64,000 nucleotides of DNA from Candidatus Xenobia bacterium (GTDB lineage Bacteria; Vulcanimicrobiota; Xenobia; Xenobiales; QWHO01): positions 1 through 64,000 of the forward strand of contig BTUM01000008.1 of NCBI GenBank assembly GCA_045863235.1, read 5' to 3'. Below, piece after piece: positions 49,813-60,074 of this stretch. The position numbers and the translations under genes are program-made. Numbering within the stretch: position 1 is the first letter of the stretch; each line of letters starts with the position of its first letter. The notes beneath the pieces were generated by a model. The model had not been told where the DNA came from and made no database searches. It saw only the letters and a program-made list of their open reading frames with translations.

Positions 49813-50898
49813 GTGGGCGAGGTCGAGTTATCCGCCCTGCGCGAGCGCATCGCCGAGATCGACGAGCAGATCTTGAGCCTGATTGGCGAGCGACTCGAAA
49901 CCGCGGTAGCCGTGGCTGAGGCCAAGCGCAGCGGGAGGATCCCTGTGCGCAACTTCCAGGTGGAAGTGGAGGTGCTGGCCCGCGCCCGCCGGGCAGCCCG
50001 GCAGAAAGGGTTTGACGAAGAGCTTGCCCAGCGGGTGCTTCGCGAGCTGATCGAAGCATCGGTCAGCACCCAGACCCAGCACAACATGACCCCCTCCGAG
50101 CGCCAGCAGCGGGTTCTCATCGTGGGAGGAGGCGGCCGCATGGGCCGCTGGCTGGGGCAGTTCTTCGCCGACCAGGGCCATCAGGTGGCTGTGACCGACC
50201 CGAGCTGGCAGAACAGCCTGCCGCTGCGAGAGGGGGTGGCCGAGGCCGAAGTGGTGGCGCTTGCCACCCCCCTCTCCGCCACCCCCCCGGTCCTTCGGGA
50301 AGTGCTCGCGCTTCCCCAGCGCCCGCTCGTGTTCGACATCTGCAGCCTCAAGGGCGAGCTCATCCCGATTCTGCGTGAGGCGGCCGGCCAGGGCCATCGG
50401 GTCACCAGCCTGCACCCGATGTTCGGTCCCGGGCCGGCGCTGCTATCGGGGCAGACCCTGCTGGTCTGCGACGCGGGCCACGCCGAGGCCACGCGTCAGG
50501 CGCGCGCTCTCTTTTCGCACAGCGCTCTCAGTCTCTGCGACCTGCCCCTCGAAGAGCACGACCGGGTGATGAGCGTGGTGCTCGGGATGAGTCACGCGAT
50601 CAACCTGGTCTTCGCGCTCACCCTGGCCCGCTTCGGCTTGCCTCTGGAGCAGTTGGGACGACTCGCCTCGAGCACCTTCGCCCGTCAGATCCAGACCACC
50701 GCCCAGGTGGCGGGCGAGAATCCCTCTCTCTACCACCAGATCCAGTTCCTCAATCAGCACACAGGTGGGGTCTACCAGGCCCTGAGCAGCGCGCTGGCCG
50801 ACTTCCGCGCCGCCGCCACCTGTTCCGACGAAGACCAGTTCGTCTGCTTGATGGACGAGTGTCGCCAGTTCTTTTACGGAAAGAATGCCGATGGCTGA
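49813..50898 (+). CDS. tyrA: bifunctional chorismate mutase / prephenate dehydrogenase
   Basis: LRERIAEIDEQIL CM domain; IVGGGGRMG, DICSLK, SLHPMFGP, EHDRVMS. Confidence 0.9.
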   Translation: MGEVELSALRERIAEIDEQILSLIGERLETAVAVAEAKRSGRIPVRNFQVEVEVLARARRAARQKGFDEELAQRVLRELIEASVSTQTQHNMTPSERQQRVLIVGGGGRMGRWLGQFFADQGHQVAVTDPSWQNSLPLREGVAEAEVVALATPLSATPPVLREVLALPQRPLVFDICSLKGELIPILREAAGQGHRVTSLHPMFGPGPALLSGQTLLVCDAGHAEATRQARALFSHSALSLCDLPLEEHDRVMSVVLGMSHAINLVFALTLARFGLPLEQLGRLASSTFARQIQTTAQVAGENPSLYHQIQFLNQHTGGVYQALSSALADFRAAATCSDEDQFVCLMDECRQFFYGKNADG

Positions 50899-51253
50899 TC
50901 AGATCGTCATCCGGGGATTGAAGGCGGACTGCATCATCGGTCTGGCCGATTGGGAGCGCATGGTGCGCCAGACCGTCTCGCTGGACCTGTGGCTGGACTG
51001 CCAGGTCGGCCTGGCGGCTCAGCACGACAAGGTTGTGGAGGGGGTTCTCAATACCCGCAGCCTCTCCAAGCGCGTCCAGGCCTTCATTGCCGACTCCGAG
51101 TTCCAGCTCATCGAAACCCTGGCCGAGCGCCTGGCGGCCCTGATCCTGCGCGAGTTCCCCGTCCAGAGAGTGCGCCTGCAACTGGCCAAGCCAGGCGCGT
51201 TGCGGGGAGCCGAGTCGGTCGCCGTTCGCATCGTGCGACCCCGCGGTTCATAG
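50891..51253 (+). CDS. folB: dihydroneopterin aldolase
   Basis: DQIVIRGL, IIGLADWER, FQLIETLAE, KPGAL. Confidence 0.92.
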   Translation: MADQIVIRGLKADCIIGLADWERMVRQTVSLDLWLDCQVGLAAQHDKVVEGVLNTRSLSKRVQAFIADSEFQLIETLAERLAALILREFPVQRVRLQLAKPGALRGAESVAVRIVRPRGS

Positions 51254-51318
51254 ACAAGGACCGCCTTCACTGACGAAGGTCATTCCTCCCAGGCGCTCTC
51301 GGCCCTTATCATGCTTGA

Positions 51319-51789
51319 GTGGAGACCTCTTCGCCCGCTCACGTTTTTCGCGTCAGCCTGGGGCGCTTTCTCCGGTGGTTCGCTCTACCGGGGAGCCTGC
51401 TGGGAGGCTATTGCCTCTATCTCCTGTGGTGGCTCTGGCGGGTCTGGCCCGCGGCCGTGGAGGGGCGGCTGGGAATGGCCCTCCCCCTGGTCGTTCTGGT
51501 AGGGCTGATCTTCGGCTCACTGGGGTCCATTGCCTGGGCCCACGCCGGTCTGGAATATGAGCTTCAGGCATACGGTTTGATCGTCAAGCAGCGGGGTGCG
51601 CGCCTGCACTTCTCGTGGGACCGGTTGATCTGCACTCGCTCCCATCGCGCGAGCTGGCGGGCCCGCCTGCACCTGTCCGACGGGGAGAAGGAGCACCTGG
51701 TCGAAAGCTTCTTCCTGCCAGATTTCGAGACCCTGGCAACCCTGGCTCAGCAACGCGCCCGGCGTCGCAGCACAACTCTGACCCCCTGA
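51319..51789 (+). CDS. hypothetical 2-TM protein with PH-like cytoplasmic domain
   Basis: Two TMs followed by YELQAYGLIV...HFSWDRL. Confidence 0.55.
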   Translation: METSSPAHVFRVSLGRFLRWFALPGSLLGGYCLYLLWWLWRVWPAAVEGRLGMALPLVVLVGLIFGSLGSIAWAHAGLEYELQAYGLIVKQRGARLHFSWDRLICTRSHRASWRARLHLSDGEKEHLVESFFLPDFETLATLAQQRARRRSTTLTP

Positions 51790-51836
51790 CCTGGATCATA
51801 TTACCCGCCACCCAGAGGCGCTATCCTCTGGATACG

Positions 51837-52217
51837 ATGAGACCTAAAGCATTAAGTCTACTGGAACTGGTGGTGGCGGTGGGGGTATTCGCGACCGCCT
51901 TTCTCCTTCTCCTGGGTGTCTTCCCCACGGCCACCCGGGCCATCCGCCAGGCCAACGAGTATCTCACCGCTTCCTTCCTGGCCGAGCAGGAGATCGAGAC
52001 GGTCCGAGGCCTCGCGTTTGAGGATATCGACGACGTGTCTCCTCGCGAGGTCACCGTCCAAACCACAAACCGGGGGACCACCGCGGACGCAAGCTATACT
52101 GTCGAGGTGGACATCGACAGCCTGAATCCAGAGCTCAAGCGCATTCGAATTCTGGTCAGCTGGACCCGCGAGCGACCCCGCAGTCTGGAGTTGAGCACCT
52201 ATGTCGCAGACTACTGA
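51837..52217 (+). CDS. type IV minor pilin/pseudopilin (PilV/GspI-like)
   Basis: KA-LSLLELVVAV prepilin-like N-terminus with Glu+5. Confidence 0.8.
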   Translation: MRPKALSLLELVVAVGVFATAFLLLLGVFPTATRAIRQANEYLTASFLAEQEIETVRGLAFEDIDDVSPREVTVQTTNRGTTADASYTVEVDIDSLNPELKRIRILVSWTRERPRSLELSTYVADY

Positions 52218-52785
52218 GCGGAAAGCATTTACCCTTGCCGAGGTCCTGATCTACGCGATCGTCGCCATCTTGCTGCTGGCCATGGTCTACTCAACCTTGA
52301 TGATGGTGCTCCAGGTCTACCAGAACACGCGTAACTTCGCCCTCTTGCAGATGGAGGCGATGAAATCGGCCAGCGAGGTCGCCAACGAGCTTTCGCGGTC
52401 CCCCAAGAGCTCGGTGTCCACCGGGTCGGACTGGCTCCTCATGCTCTCGAGCGTGGCTCCGACCGGCCGGATCGCGTATGACAACTCGGGTCGGGTGCTG
52501 TGGCAAAAGTGGGTCCTCTACTACCGAGACGCCGACAACAAGCTCCTGCGCAAGGAGCTGACCTTCACTCCCACCGCGACCCCGCCGGTCGTGGCACCCG
52601 ACGTCAACACCCTGATCAACGACCAGAACCTGCCCGCGCGTATCGTCGCCACGGACATCACCGGCCTGACCTCCTCGGGCGCATTTGCCGGAGAATCGGT
52701 CACCATCACCGCGAGCAACGATCTGAGGGGTCTTGCGAGCGTCAATGTCACGCTTGGATGCAGCTTCCGCCCGCAGGGCGAGTAG
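52201..52785 (+). CDS. type IV minor pilin/pseudopilin (PilW/GspJ-like)
   Basis: RKA-FTLAEVLI N-methylation-like motif. Confidence 0.82.
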   Translation: MSQTTERKAFTLAEVLIYAIVAILLLAMVYSTLMMVLQVYQNTRNFALLQMEAMKSASEVANELSRSPKSSVSTGSDWLLMLSSVAPTGRIAYDNSGRVLWQKWVLYYRDADNKLLRKELTFTPTATPPVVAPDVNTLINDQNLPARIVATDITGLTSSGAFAGESVTITASNDLRGLASVNVTLGCSFRPQGE

Positions 52786-52799
52786 AACCGGAGGCCCGT

Positions 52800-54101
52800 A
52801 TGTCTGCCAAGAAACAAGCCGCGAACTCTCTGGCCATCGCGCTGATGGTCCTGGTCGTCCTGGTCGTGATGGTGGTTGCAGTCGGCATCCTGGGGTCGCA
52901 ACACCTCAATCTGGTCAAATCCAACCTCCGAAGCACCACTGCGGTCTACGCCGCCGAAGCCGGCATCGCTGCTGCCCTGGTCGAGCTGAAGGCAAACCCG
53001 GGCTGGTCGGCCGGCTTCCAGAATGTCGACCTCCAGGGCGAGTGGGACCCTCGCTATTCGGTCAGCGTCACCAACAACAACCTGGGCGGAGGGGTCATGA
53101 CGGCACCTGACGGGACCGAGGTGCCCGCAGGATGCGTCTATCTTCTCGCCACCGGAACGTGCCAGGGGGTCCAACCTCGCCGGGTGGCGGTCATGCTGAC
53201 GGCCGGCGGCGGAGCCTTTCGCTACGTCATCGCTTCGGGTGGCAACATCGACCTCTCCGGCCACGGAGACATCCGCGGGAGCATCAAGTCCAACGGCGAC
53301 ATCTCCTTCAAGGGTAGCATCAACATCATCCCCGACCAGGGCTCTGGCCGAGTGATCGCAGCCTACCTCCCCGACGAGAATGGCAATCCGACGATTGGCC
53401 CTGATGGAAAGCCGCTGGGAAACATCTTCATCGGCTCTGGTCTCGATGTCGAGCCCGGCCAGGATGTGCGGGCGCGATACCTGATCGACAGCGTCGCCAA
53501 AGTCGATCCCCCCGGAGCAGCCCATCCCTACGACACGAGCTCGGACACTCTGCCCTTTGGTCCCACCTTCAACGACACTCTGCCCGACCCCGACCGCTCG
53601 GTCTTGCTCGCTCCCGGTGGCTACGTGCAACACAACGAATCAAGCTATCCGTTCGGAAAAATCAAGACCCTGCAGCTTAACGGCAAGATCCACTTCTTCC
53701 CCAACGGGCTGACGATGGACTCCGGGAGCAAGGTCGAGGGACCGGGCACCATCGTGGTGGGCAACGGCAATTCGGCCACGTTCAACATCCCGCTGAACCT
53801 GGAAATGAATGTGATCGCGCTGGATAAGGAAGCTCCGGAGCCGGGCGAGTTTGGTAAAGCCACGGTCACCTTCGGAGCCAACACGGTGATCCGTGGCCTG
53901 GTCTACAGCCACGGCATCGTTGAAGCCAAGGCCCAGTTCGAGGTGGAGGGGTATGTGATCTGCTATGGAGACTGGAAGCAGGTCCAGGCCAATGCAAGCG
54001 TCGACGCCTCTCGAAATCCGGACCTGAGAGTGCCTGGTTTCGAGGCCTGGTTTGGTGGAGGAGGCGGCAGCGTCCAGGTGATGTCCTGGCAGAGGTTGTG
54101 A
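52800..54101 (+). CDS. PilX/GspK-like minor pilin with beta-helix-like C-terminus
   Basis: Hydrophobic N-terminus lacking Glu+5, AVYAAEAGI PilX motif, C-terminal SWQRL. Confidence 0.8.
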   Translation: MSAKKQAANSLAIALMVLVVLVVMVVAVGILGSQHLNLVKSNLRSTTAVYAAEAGIAAALVELKANPGWSAGFQNVDLQGEWDPRYSVSVTNNNLGGGVMTAPDGTEVPAGCVYLLATGTCQGVQPRRVAVMLTAGGGAFRYVIASGGNIDLSGHGDIRGSIKSNGDISFKGSINIIPDQGSGRVIAAYLPDENGNPTIGPDGKPLGNIFIGSGLDVEPGQDVRARYLIDSVAKVDPPGAAHPYDTSSDTLPFGPTFNDTLPDPDRSVLLAPGGYVQHNESSYPFGKIKTLQLNGKIHFFPNGLTMDSGSKVEGPGTIVVGNGNSATFNIPLNLEMNVIALDKEAPEPGEFGKATVTFGANTVIRGLVYSHGIVEAKAQFEVEGYVICYGDWKQVQANASVDASRNPDLRVPGFEAWFGGGGGSVQVMSWQRL

Positions 54102-54102
54102 G

Positions 54103-55743
54103 TTGACCACCGTGGTTGCCGACTATCGGGTGCTGGAAACCCTGCCCGACGGGTCCCTGAAAGCTGAGGGCCCCGACCGGGGGCAATGGAGGCTCGAGCC
54201 CGTGCCGAGCGACCTGGGCGATGAGCGATTCGAGCAACTCGCCCATATCCGGGACGAGGTCTTGCCCCGGGTGGCTCTCCCCGTGCCACTCGAGGGCGGT
54301 CGCTACCTCCCGGTCGAGTGGTTCGAGCCTCCCTGTGCCGCTCCCGACCGGGAGAGGATGCTGGAGCAGATCGGGCGACTGGGCCCGGCCCTGGACCGGC
54401 TCTGGCACGAGAGCGGCTACGAGCTCCCCCGCTCCATCGAGCTGGGAGAAGACCCGGCCGGTCACCTGCGCCTGGCCCGCTTGTTAGGCGGGGAGGCACG
54501 TCCCCGGCTCAGCGCCCTGCTCGCCGAGCTGGCAGCCGGCCTGACCCGCCTGCTCACCCGGCCAGGGGCGGGCGGGATGCATGAGCAGCTCCCGCTGAAC
54601 CTCGACTGGACTTTGCAGCGCGCTCTCTCCGGCGACCCCGAGCGCTCCTTCCGAAGTTTCTCCGAGTTCACTGAATCTCTGGCCCGCAGGCACACGGCCG
54701 CGCGACCCCACCCGGACGAGCGACGGCTGCCGCCGGTGATCCATCGTAAGCGCAAGCCGCGAAGCAAGATAGCCCGAGTGCTGGTCGCCCTGGTCGTGAT
54801 GGCCGCGCTCTGGGGTCTTTGGCAGCTGGGGCGCGAGCAAGTCTACCAACCCGTGCTGGAAGACGCGGTGGTGGTGGCCCTTCCTCGCACCCTGCTGATC
54901 TACTCCTCGGTGGGACGAAACCTGCTGGACCGCATCCCCGCCCCCGCAGAGATCGTCGATGTGGCAGGCTCGGAGGACGGCCTGCTGGTGGCCTCGGCAG
55001 GCCCCGTCCGCCAACTGCTGGTGTATGACCTGCGCCAGGGCCGCTGGCGGGTGGGCGGCCTGATGGAGCGCGAGCCCGGGACGATCGAGATGGACTGGGA
55101 CGGCACCCATCTGGTCGTGGTGGAGCCAGGCTCACGAACGGCGATCAGCCACGCCCTTCGCCCGCGCGAGCAGTGGACCAACCGCAATCCTCCCCTGATT
55201 CCCACGGCCATGTTCGCGGGCAGCGGCCGCGACCTGGTGGCGACGGCCCACGACGAAAGCGGCACCCTGGTGGTGGTGGGAGACCCGACCCGGGGTCGCC
55301 TGGCCTGCTACCAGGCCGAGGATCGGCGCCTGCTGGCCAAGGTCAAACTGGAGCCCTTCACCGCCCTGAGCCTCTCCTCCGGAGGCAAGACGCTCTTGCT
55401 GGCTCGTCCCGGCGAGCTGGTAAGGCTGGCTCCCCGCAGCCTCGAGGTGGAGGACCGCCTGGCCCTGCCCGGGAGGACGGTGGTGCGATTGCTCCAGGAT
55501 GAGGCCCGGGGCAGACTCTGGGCCGTGCACGAGGACGGCCAGGTCAGCCGGCTGGATTTGATGAGCGACAGAGTGCTGGCCAGCTCCAGGGCCTGGGGAA
55601 CCCCGGTGGATGCCGTCCGGGCGGGACCCCGGCTCTGGCTGGCCACCACGAACGCCCTCTTGATTCTTGACGCCGAGTCCCTGGATCTGCTTCAGGAGCT
55701 GTCTTTACCCGAGCCCGCGCGGGGGTTGACCGTGGTGCACTGA
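54103..55743 (+). CDS. membrane protein: degenerate kinase-like N-terminus, TM, extracellular beta-propeller
   Basis: YRVLETL, YLPVEW, LQRALSGDPERSF kinase-like remnants without HRD/DFG; TM; YncE-like blades. Confidence 0.6.
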   Translation: MTTVVADYRVLETLPDGSLKAEGPDRGQWRLEPVPSDLGDERFEQLAHIRDEVLPRVALPVPLEGGRYLPVEWFEPPCAAPDRERMLEQIGRLGPALDRLWHESGYELPRSIELGEDPAGHLRLARLLGGEARPRLSALLAELAAGLTRLLTRPGAGGMHEQLPLNLDWTLQRALSGDPERSFRSFSEFTESLARRHTAARPHPDERRLPPVIHRKRKPRSKIARVLVALVVMAALWGLWQLGREQVYQPVLEDAVVVALPRTLLIYSSVGRNLLDRIPAPAEIVDVAGSEDGLLVASAGPVRQLLVYDLRQGRWRVGGLMEREPGTIEMDWDGTHLVVVEPGSRTAISHALRPREQWTNRNPPLIPTAMFAGSGRDLVATAHDESGTLVVVGDPTRGRLACYQAEDRRLLAKVKLEPFTALSLSSGGKTLLLARPGELVRLAPRSLEVEDRLALPGRTVVRLLQDEARGRLWAVHEDGQVSRLDLMSDRVLASSRAWGTPVDAVRAGPRLWLATTNALLILDAESLDLLQELSLPEPARGLTVVH

Positions 55744-55764
55744 TGCGCCCTCCAGGAGGCCAAC

Positions 55765-57507
55765 ATGGAAAAAATCGACCTGGTTAAGAGTCTGGATGAG
55801 GCCGGCCTTGTCATGGAAGAGGCAGCCCGGGTGGTGCTGGCCGATCCTCGCTTCCAGCGCATGCCGGTTACCCGGGCGCTGGTCGAGGGCAAGCTGATCA
55901 AAGAGGGCGAGCTGGCTGACTTCCTGGCCAGACTGTTCCACCTCGATTATGTCGTGCTCGACGATCTCCGTCCCGAGCTTCTGCAGCTGCTGCCCCGATC
56001 TCTGATGCAGGACGCGGCCGTCGTTCCCTACCGGATGGAGGACGACGAGTTGACCATCGCGGTAGCCGACCCGCTGGACGTGGCCACCGAAGACATCATT
56101 CGTGGGCTCACCCATCTCAAGCTGCGCCGGGTGGTCGCTCGGCGCAGCGACATCCTGCGAGCCCTTCAGGGGCCCAAGGGGGGAATGTCTCAGGCCATCG
56201 AGGGCTTCGTGGCCCACTCGCCTCATCAGGAGGTGGAATTCTTCGCCGACCGCGACGAAACCGAGGCGGCCGTACCGACGGACGAGTTCCACGAGCATGA
56301 CGCCCCCATCATCGACCTGGTGGCAGCCTTGATCTCCGACGCCATCCAGCTCAAGGCCTCGGACATCCACGTCGAGCCCCAGGAAAACTGCCTGCGCATC
56401 CGCTACCGCATCGACGGCGTTCTGAGAATCTTCGGCGAGCTGCCCAAGAAGGTCCAGAACGCCGTGATTTCCCGCATCAAACTGGCCTCTGGGATGGACA
56501 TCTCCGAGCATCGCAGGCCTCAGGACGGCCGCAGCCAGGCCCGGGTAGGGCGTAGATGGGTCGACCTGCGCGTCAGCGCCACCCCTTCCTACTACGGCGA
56601 GAAGGTGGTGCTGCGCATCCTGGACAAGAGCGTGGGCCTGCTCCGCCTCGACAGCCTGGGAATGTCGGACGAGGTCTATCAGGTCTACTCCCGAGTCCTG
56701 GAGAGCCCGCAGGGAATGGTACTCCTGACCGGTCCCACCGGCTCGGGCAAGACCACCACTCTTTACGCCAGCCTCAACGTGCGCAACCGCACCGCCGACA
56801 ACCTGGTGACGGTGGAGGACCCGATCGAGTACCAACTGGCCGGCATCACCCAGATCCAGATGAATCCCAAAGCCGGCGTGACGTTCGCCTCGGCTCTGCG
56901 GTCCATCTTGCGCCAGGACCCGGACATCATCATGGTGGGCGAGATCCGTGACCTGGAAACAGCCGAAATCGCCTTCCAGGCTGCTCAGACAGGCCACTTC
57001 GTGCTCTCCACCCTGCACACCAACTCCTCGCCCGCCACCATCATCCGCCTCTCCCACATGGGGGTGGAGCCGTTCCTGGTGGCCTCCTCGCTGCTGGCGG
57101 TGGTGGCCCAGCGCCTGGTGCGCCGCATCTGCCCGGCCTGCAAGCGGGAGATGCGACCCGACGAGGGCACCCTCAAATTCGTCGAGCTGGCTTCCCAGCG
57201 AGAGCTGCCCGCCACCTTCTGGGAAGGAGCCGGCTGCGACCAGTGCGGCAAGACCGGTTTCAGAGGTCGGGTGGGGCTGTACGAGATCTTGCCGATGACC
57301 GACAGCCTGCGCGAGCAGATCTACGCGGGCACCAGCCAGGACAGGATCTCCCAGACCGCGTTCAAGGAAGGCTTCTCGACCCTCTTGCACGATGGAATGA
57401 CCAAGGTGGCCGCGGGCGAGACTTCGCTGGCCGAAGTCCTGCGAGTGGTGCCCATCGAGTCGGCGGGCGCCATCGCGCGCCTGCTCGCCTCAGGGTCGAA
57501 AGTCTGA
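55765..57507 (+). CDS. GspE/PilB family secretion/pilus assembly ATPase
   Basis: ASDIHVEP, RPQDGR, GPTGSGKTTT, TVEDPIEY, LRQDPDIIMVGEIRD, TGHFVLSTLH, CxxC pairs. Confidence 0.95.
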   Translation: MEKIDLVKSLDEAGLVMEEAARVVLADPRFQRMPVTRALVEGKLIKEGELADFLARLFHLDYVVLDDLRPELLQLLPRSLMQDAAVVPYRMEDDELTIAVADPLDVATEDIIRGLTHLKLRRVVARRSDILRALQGPKGGMSQAIEGFVAHSPHQEVEFFADRDETEAAVPTDEFHEHDAPIIDLVAALISDAIQLKASDIHVEPQENCLRIRYRIDGVLRIFGELPKKVQNAVISRIKLASGMDISEHRRPQDGRSQARVGRRWVDLRVSATPSYYGEKVVLRILDKSVGLLRLDSLGMSDEVYQVYSRVLESPQGMVLLTGPTGSGKTTTLYASLNVRNRTADNLVTVEDPIEYQLAGITQIQMNPKAGVTFASALRSILRQDPDIIMVGEIRDLETAEIAFQAAQTGHFVLSTLHTNSSPATIIRLSHMGVEPFLVASSLLAVVAQRLVRRICPACKREMRPDEGTLKFVELASQRELPATFWEGAGCDQCGKTGFRGRVGLYEILPMTDSLREQIYAGTSQDRISQTAFKEGFSTLLHDGMTKVAAGETSLAEVLRVVPIESAGAIARLLASGSKV

Positions 57508-57978
57508 CCTCCAGATGTGCTCGGGCCCGTGCGCCACCCGCTCGAGCAGCTCGCGCAGGGGAACTTGGAGCACGGGATGGACCAGCTCCGGCTCCAACTC
57601 GACAAGCGGAACCAGCACGAAGCACTGGCTGGCCACCTGGGGATGGGGCAGCTCCCAGTCTTCATGACGCTCGACCCGGTCGTGATACAGGGTCAGATCC
57701 AGGTCGATGGTGCGGGCGGCGAGCTTGTCCGCGCTGCGACGTCGGCCCAGCTCGGCCTCCAGCTCGCGCAGGCGCCCGCGCAGCTGAGCCGGGGGGAGAG
57801 CGGTCTCGATCTCCACGGCCAGGTTGAAAAAACACGGTTGTTGCGAGCCTGGTGGGTAGGGCGGGCTCTCATAGACGGCGCTGCGGCGCTTGACCTTGAA
57901 GGAGCGCTCGAGGGCCGACAGAGCCGAGCGCAGGCTCTGCTCGCGCTGCAGGTTCGAGCCCAGATCGAGGAAGATCAA
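57490..57978 (-). CDS. folK: 2-amino-4-hydroxy-6-hydroxymethyldihydropteridine diphosphokinase
   Basis: LGSN, FFNLAVEI, ARTIDLDL, LPHP, FVLVPL. Confidence 0.92.
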   Translation of the reverse strand: MIFLDLGSNLQREQSLRSALSALERSFKVKRRSAVYESPPYPPGSQQPCFFNLAVEIETALPPAQLRGRLRELEAELGRRRSADKLAARTIDLDLTLYHDRVERHEDWELPHPQVASQCFVLVPLVELEPELVHPVLQVPLRELLERVAHGPEHIWRSDFRP

Positions 57979-58667
57979 ACCAGCGTGCGCCCCCCATCGA
58001 CCTGCAGAACCTGCCCCGTCACGAAATCGGCCCGGGCCAGAAAGACCACGGCCTCGGCGATGGACTCGGCCCCGCCCAGACGTTCGAGCGGGATCCTTTC
58101 GACCAGGCGGCGCTCGTGCTCGGGGTCGGCCTCTGCCGGAGGCAGGGCGGCCCCGGGCGCAACGGCGTTGCAGCGCACCTCGGGAGCCAGCTCCAGAGCC
58201 AGGCAGCGAGTCAGCATGACCACTCCTGCCTTGCTCAGGCAGTAGGGGAGATGGCCTTTGAGAGGACGCTCGCCATAGATGTCGGCCAGGTTAACGATGG
58301 CGCCAAATGAGGCGCGCAGACGCGGTGCCAGGCCAACCGCCAGGCCCAGAGGAGCCTCCAGGTTGAGCCCGCGGAAACGATCCCAGTCGTCCAGCGCCCG
58401 CTCCAACGGGCTGGGGCCAAAGAGGGCCGCGTTGTTGACCAGCAGATCCAGCCGCCCGAATCGCGAGAGGGCCTCCTGCACCAGCTGCTGCACCCCCTCA
58501 CGGCGGCTCAGATCGGCCCGGACGGTCTCCACCCGCCCGGCCAGCGGCTCGGGATCGGAGCGATGCACGTGTAACAGCAGGTCGTAGCCCTCGCGGGCCA
58601 GAGCGGCAGCCACGGCCTGCCCCAGCCGCACTCCAGCCCCGGTTACCAGCGCCACTTTGCGCTCCAT
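57975..58667 (-). CDS. pteridine reductase (FolM/PTR1-type SDR)
   Basis: ALVTGAGVRLG (Arg typical of pteridine reductases), LVNNA, YCLSK; operonic with folK. Confidence 0.85.
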   Translation of the reverse strand: MERKVALVTGAGVRLGQAVAAALAREGYDLLLHVHRSDPEPLAGRVETVRADLSRREGVQQLVQEALSRFGRLDLLVNNAALFGPSPLERALDDWDRFRGLNLEAPLGLAVGLAPRLRASFGAIVNLADIYGERPLKGHLPYCLSKAGVVMLTRCLALELAPEVRCNAVAPGAALPPAEADPEHERRLVERIPLERLGGAESIAEAVVFLARADFVTGQVLQVDGGRTLV

Positions 58668-58730
58668 GCTGGAGGCCGGTTCCCCCCGTGGTCCGGGTTG
58701 ACCTTCCGTGGTATTCTCCCCAACAGAGCC

Positions 58731-59999
58731 GTGAGCGACTACGATCCGAACGACGAGGCCCTGCACAAAGCCTTCACGCGCGAGGAGGCTCCCCAGCCGT
58801 CGACCCCCAAGCGGTCGTCGGGCAAGGAGCGTCTGGCCAGCGGCACTTTGCTCGATGGGCGCTTCAAGGTTGTGCGCATGATCAAGGCCGGAGGCATGGG
58901 CGCCGTCTATGAAGTCTCCGACCGACTGCTCAACGACCGCATCTTCGCCCTCAAGGAGATGACCGACCTCAACAGCGACCCGGCCGAGCGCCTGGCTGCC
59001 CGCGACCGCTTCATCTCCGAGATCCAGGTGATGCAAGCCCTGCGGCACCCCAACATCCCCCGCATCACGGCCCAGTTCATTCACGAGAACTCTTTCTTCT
59101 TCGTGATGGAGTTCATCGAAGGGGTGGATCTGGGACAGGTGCTCAAGGAGCAGGGCTCCCCCGGACTGGATGCCCACCGGGTGGTGACCTGGGCCCTGCA
59201 GGTGCTTGATGCCCTGATCTACGCCCACGGGCAAGATCCCCCCGTCACCCATCGCGACATCAAGCCCTCCAACATCCTGCTCGGTCGAGACGATCGGGTG
59301 CGACTGATCGACTTCGGGATCGCCCGCGTGACCGGCCCGGGCGAAGGGTTCTGGATCGGCACGCCGGGCTACGCCCCGGCCGAGCAGCAGGCAAACCAGC
59401 CCGAGCCGAGCTCGGATCTCTACGCGCTGGGGGCCACCATGCACGAGCTCTTGAGCGGGCGCAAGCCGCAGGATTTCGATTTTCCAGCTTTCGAAGACCT
59501 GGGCGTGCAGGTTGACGCCGAGTTGGCCCGCATCATTTACGACTCGCTGGGCACCTGGCCCGAAGACCGCATTGCCCGCGCCCAGGACTTCGCCGATCGA
59601 CTGCGCAACCTGGCCAACATTCAGGTCTACTTGCCGGGAGTCGACCCGGGCCAGGATTTCGAGGCCGCTGCCCACCGGCTCAAGACCGAGGTGCTCGATC
59701 CGCTGCTGCAAGAGCTGATCCAGCGCTATCGCAATGAGTGCCACACCCCTCACATCCCCAAGAACCTGGAGTTCTTACAGTTCACGCTGGCCTGTCCCAC
59801 CGAATTCGAGCTCCGGGTGATCAAGGACCCCGACAGCGGGGAGATCGCCTTCCTCGAAAAGCAAGGCATCCTGAGCCCTCAACGCCTGGGTGGAGTCAAT
59901 CCGCTATCGGATCAGGCCGAGAGCCAGGTGCGCAGTCTCATCGCGACCTTCGTGGACAACTACGAGAACTTCAAGAACTCCAACTGGATCGTGGGCTGA
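58731..59999 (+). CDS. cytoplasmic Ser/Thr protein kinase with uncharacterised C-terminal domain
   Basis: GGMGAVY, ALKEM, HRDIKPSN, DFGIA, GTPGYAPAEQ; no TM. Confidence 0.92.
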   Translation: MSDYDPNDEALHKAFTREEAPQPSTPKRSSGKERLASGTLLDGRFKVVRMIKAGGMGAVYEVSDRLLNDRIFALKEMTDLNSDPAERLAARDRFISEIQVMQALRHPNIPRITAQFIHENSFFFVMEFIEGVDLGQVLKEQGSPGLDAHRVVTWALQVLDALIYAHGQDPPVTHRDIKPSNILLGRDDRVRLIDFGIARVTGPGEGFWIGTPGYAPAEQQANQPEPSSDLYALGATMHELLSGRKPQDFDFPAFEDLGVQVDAELARIIYDSLGTWPEDRIARAQDFADRLRNLANIQVYLPGVDPGQDFEAAAHRLKTEVLDPLLQELIQRYRNECHTPHIPKNLEFLQFTLACPTEFELRVIKDPDSGEIAFLEKQGILSPQRLGGVNPLSDQAESQVRSLIATFVDNYENFKNSNWIVG

Positions 60000-60074
60000 T
60001 CCCTCCGGGGGGCAGGAAAAAATTCAATTCTTACGAACTAACTTTTGCTTCCCGCTTTCAGGGGGTTACGATTC

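Noticed and set aside
60055..60072. TTTCAG upstream of the GGDEF gene as another regulon box
   Set aside because: Single site with the wrong distance to TACGAT; better explained as the spacer of a sigma70-like promoter
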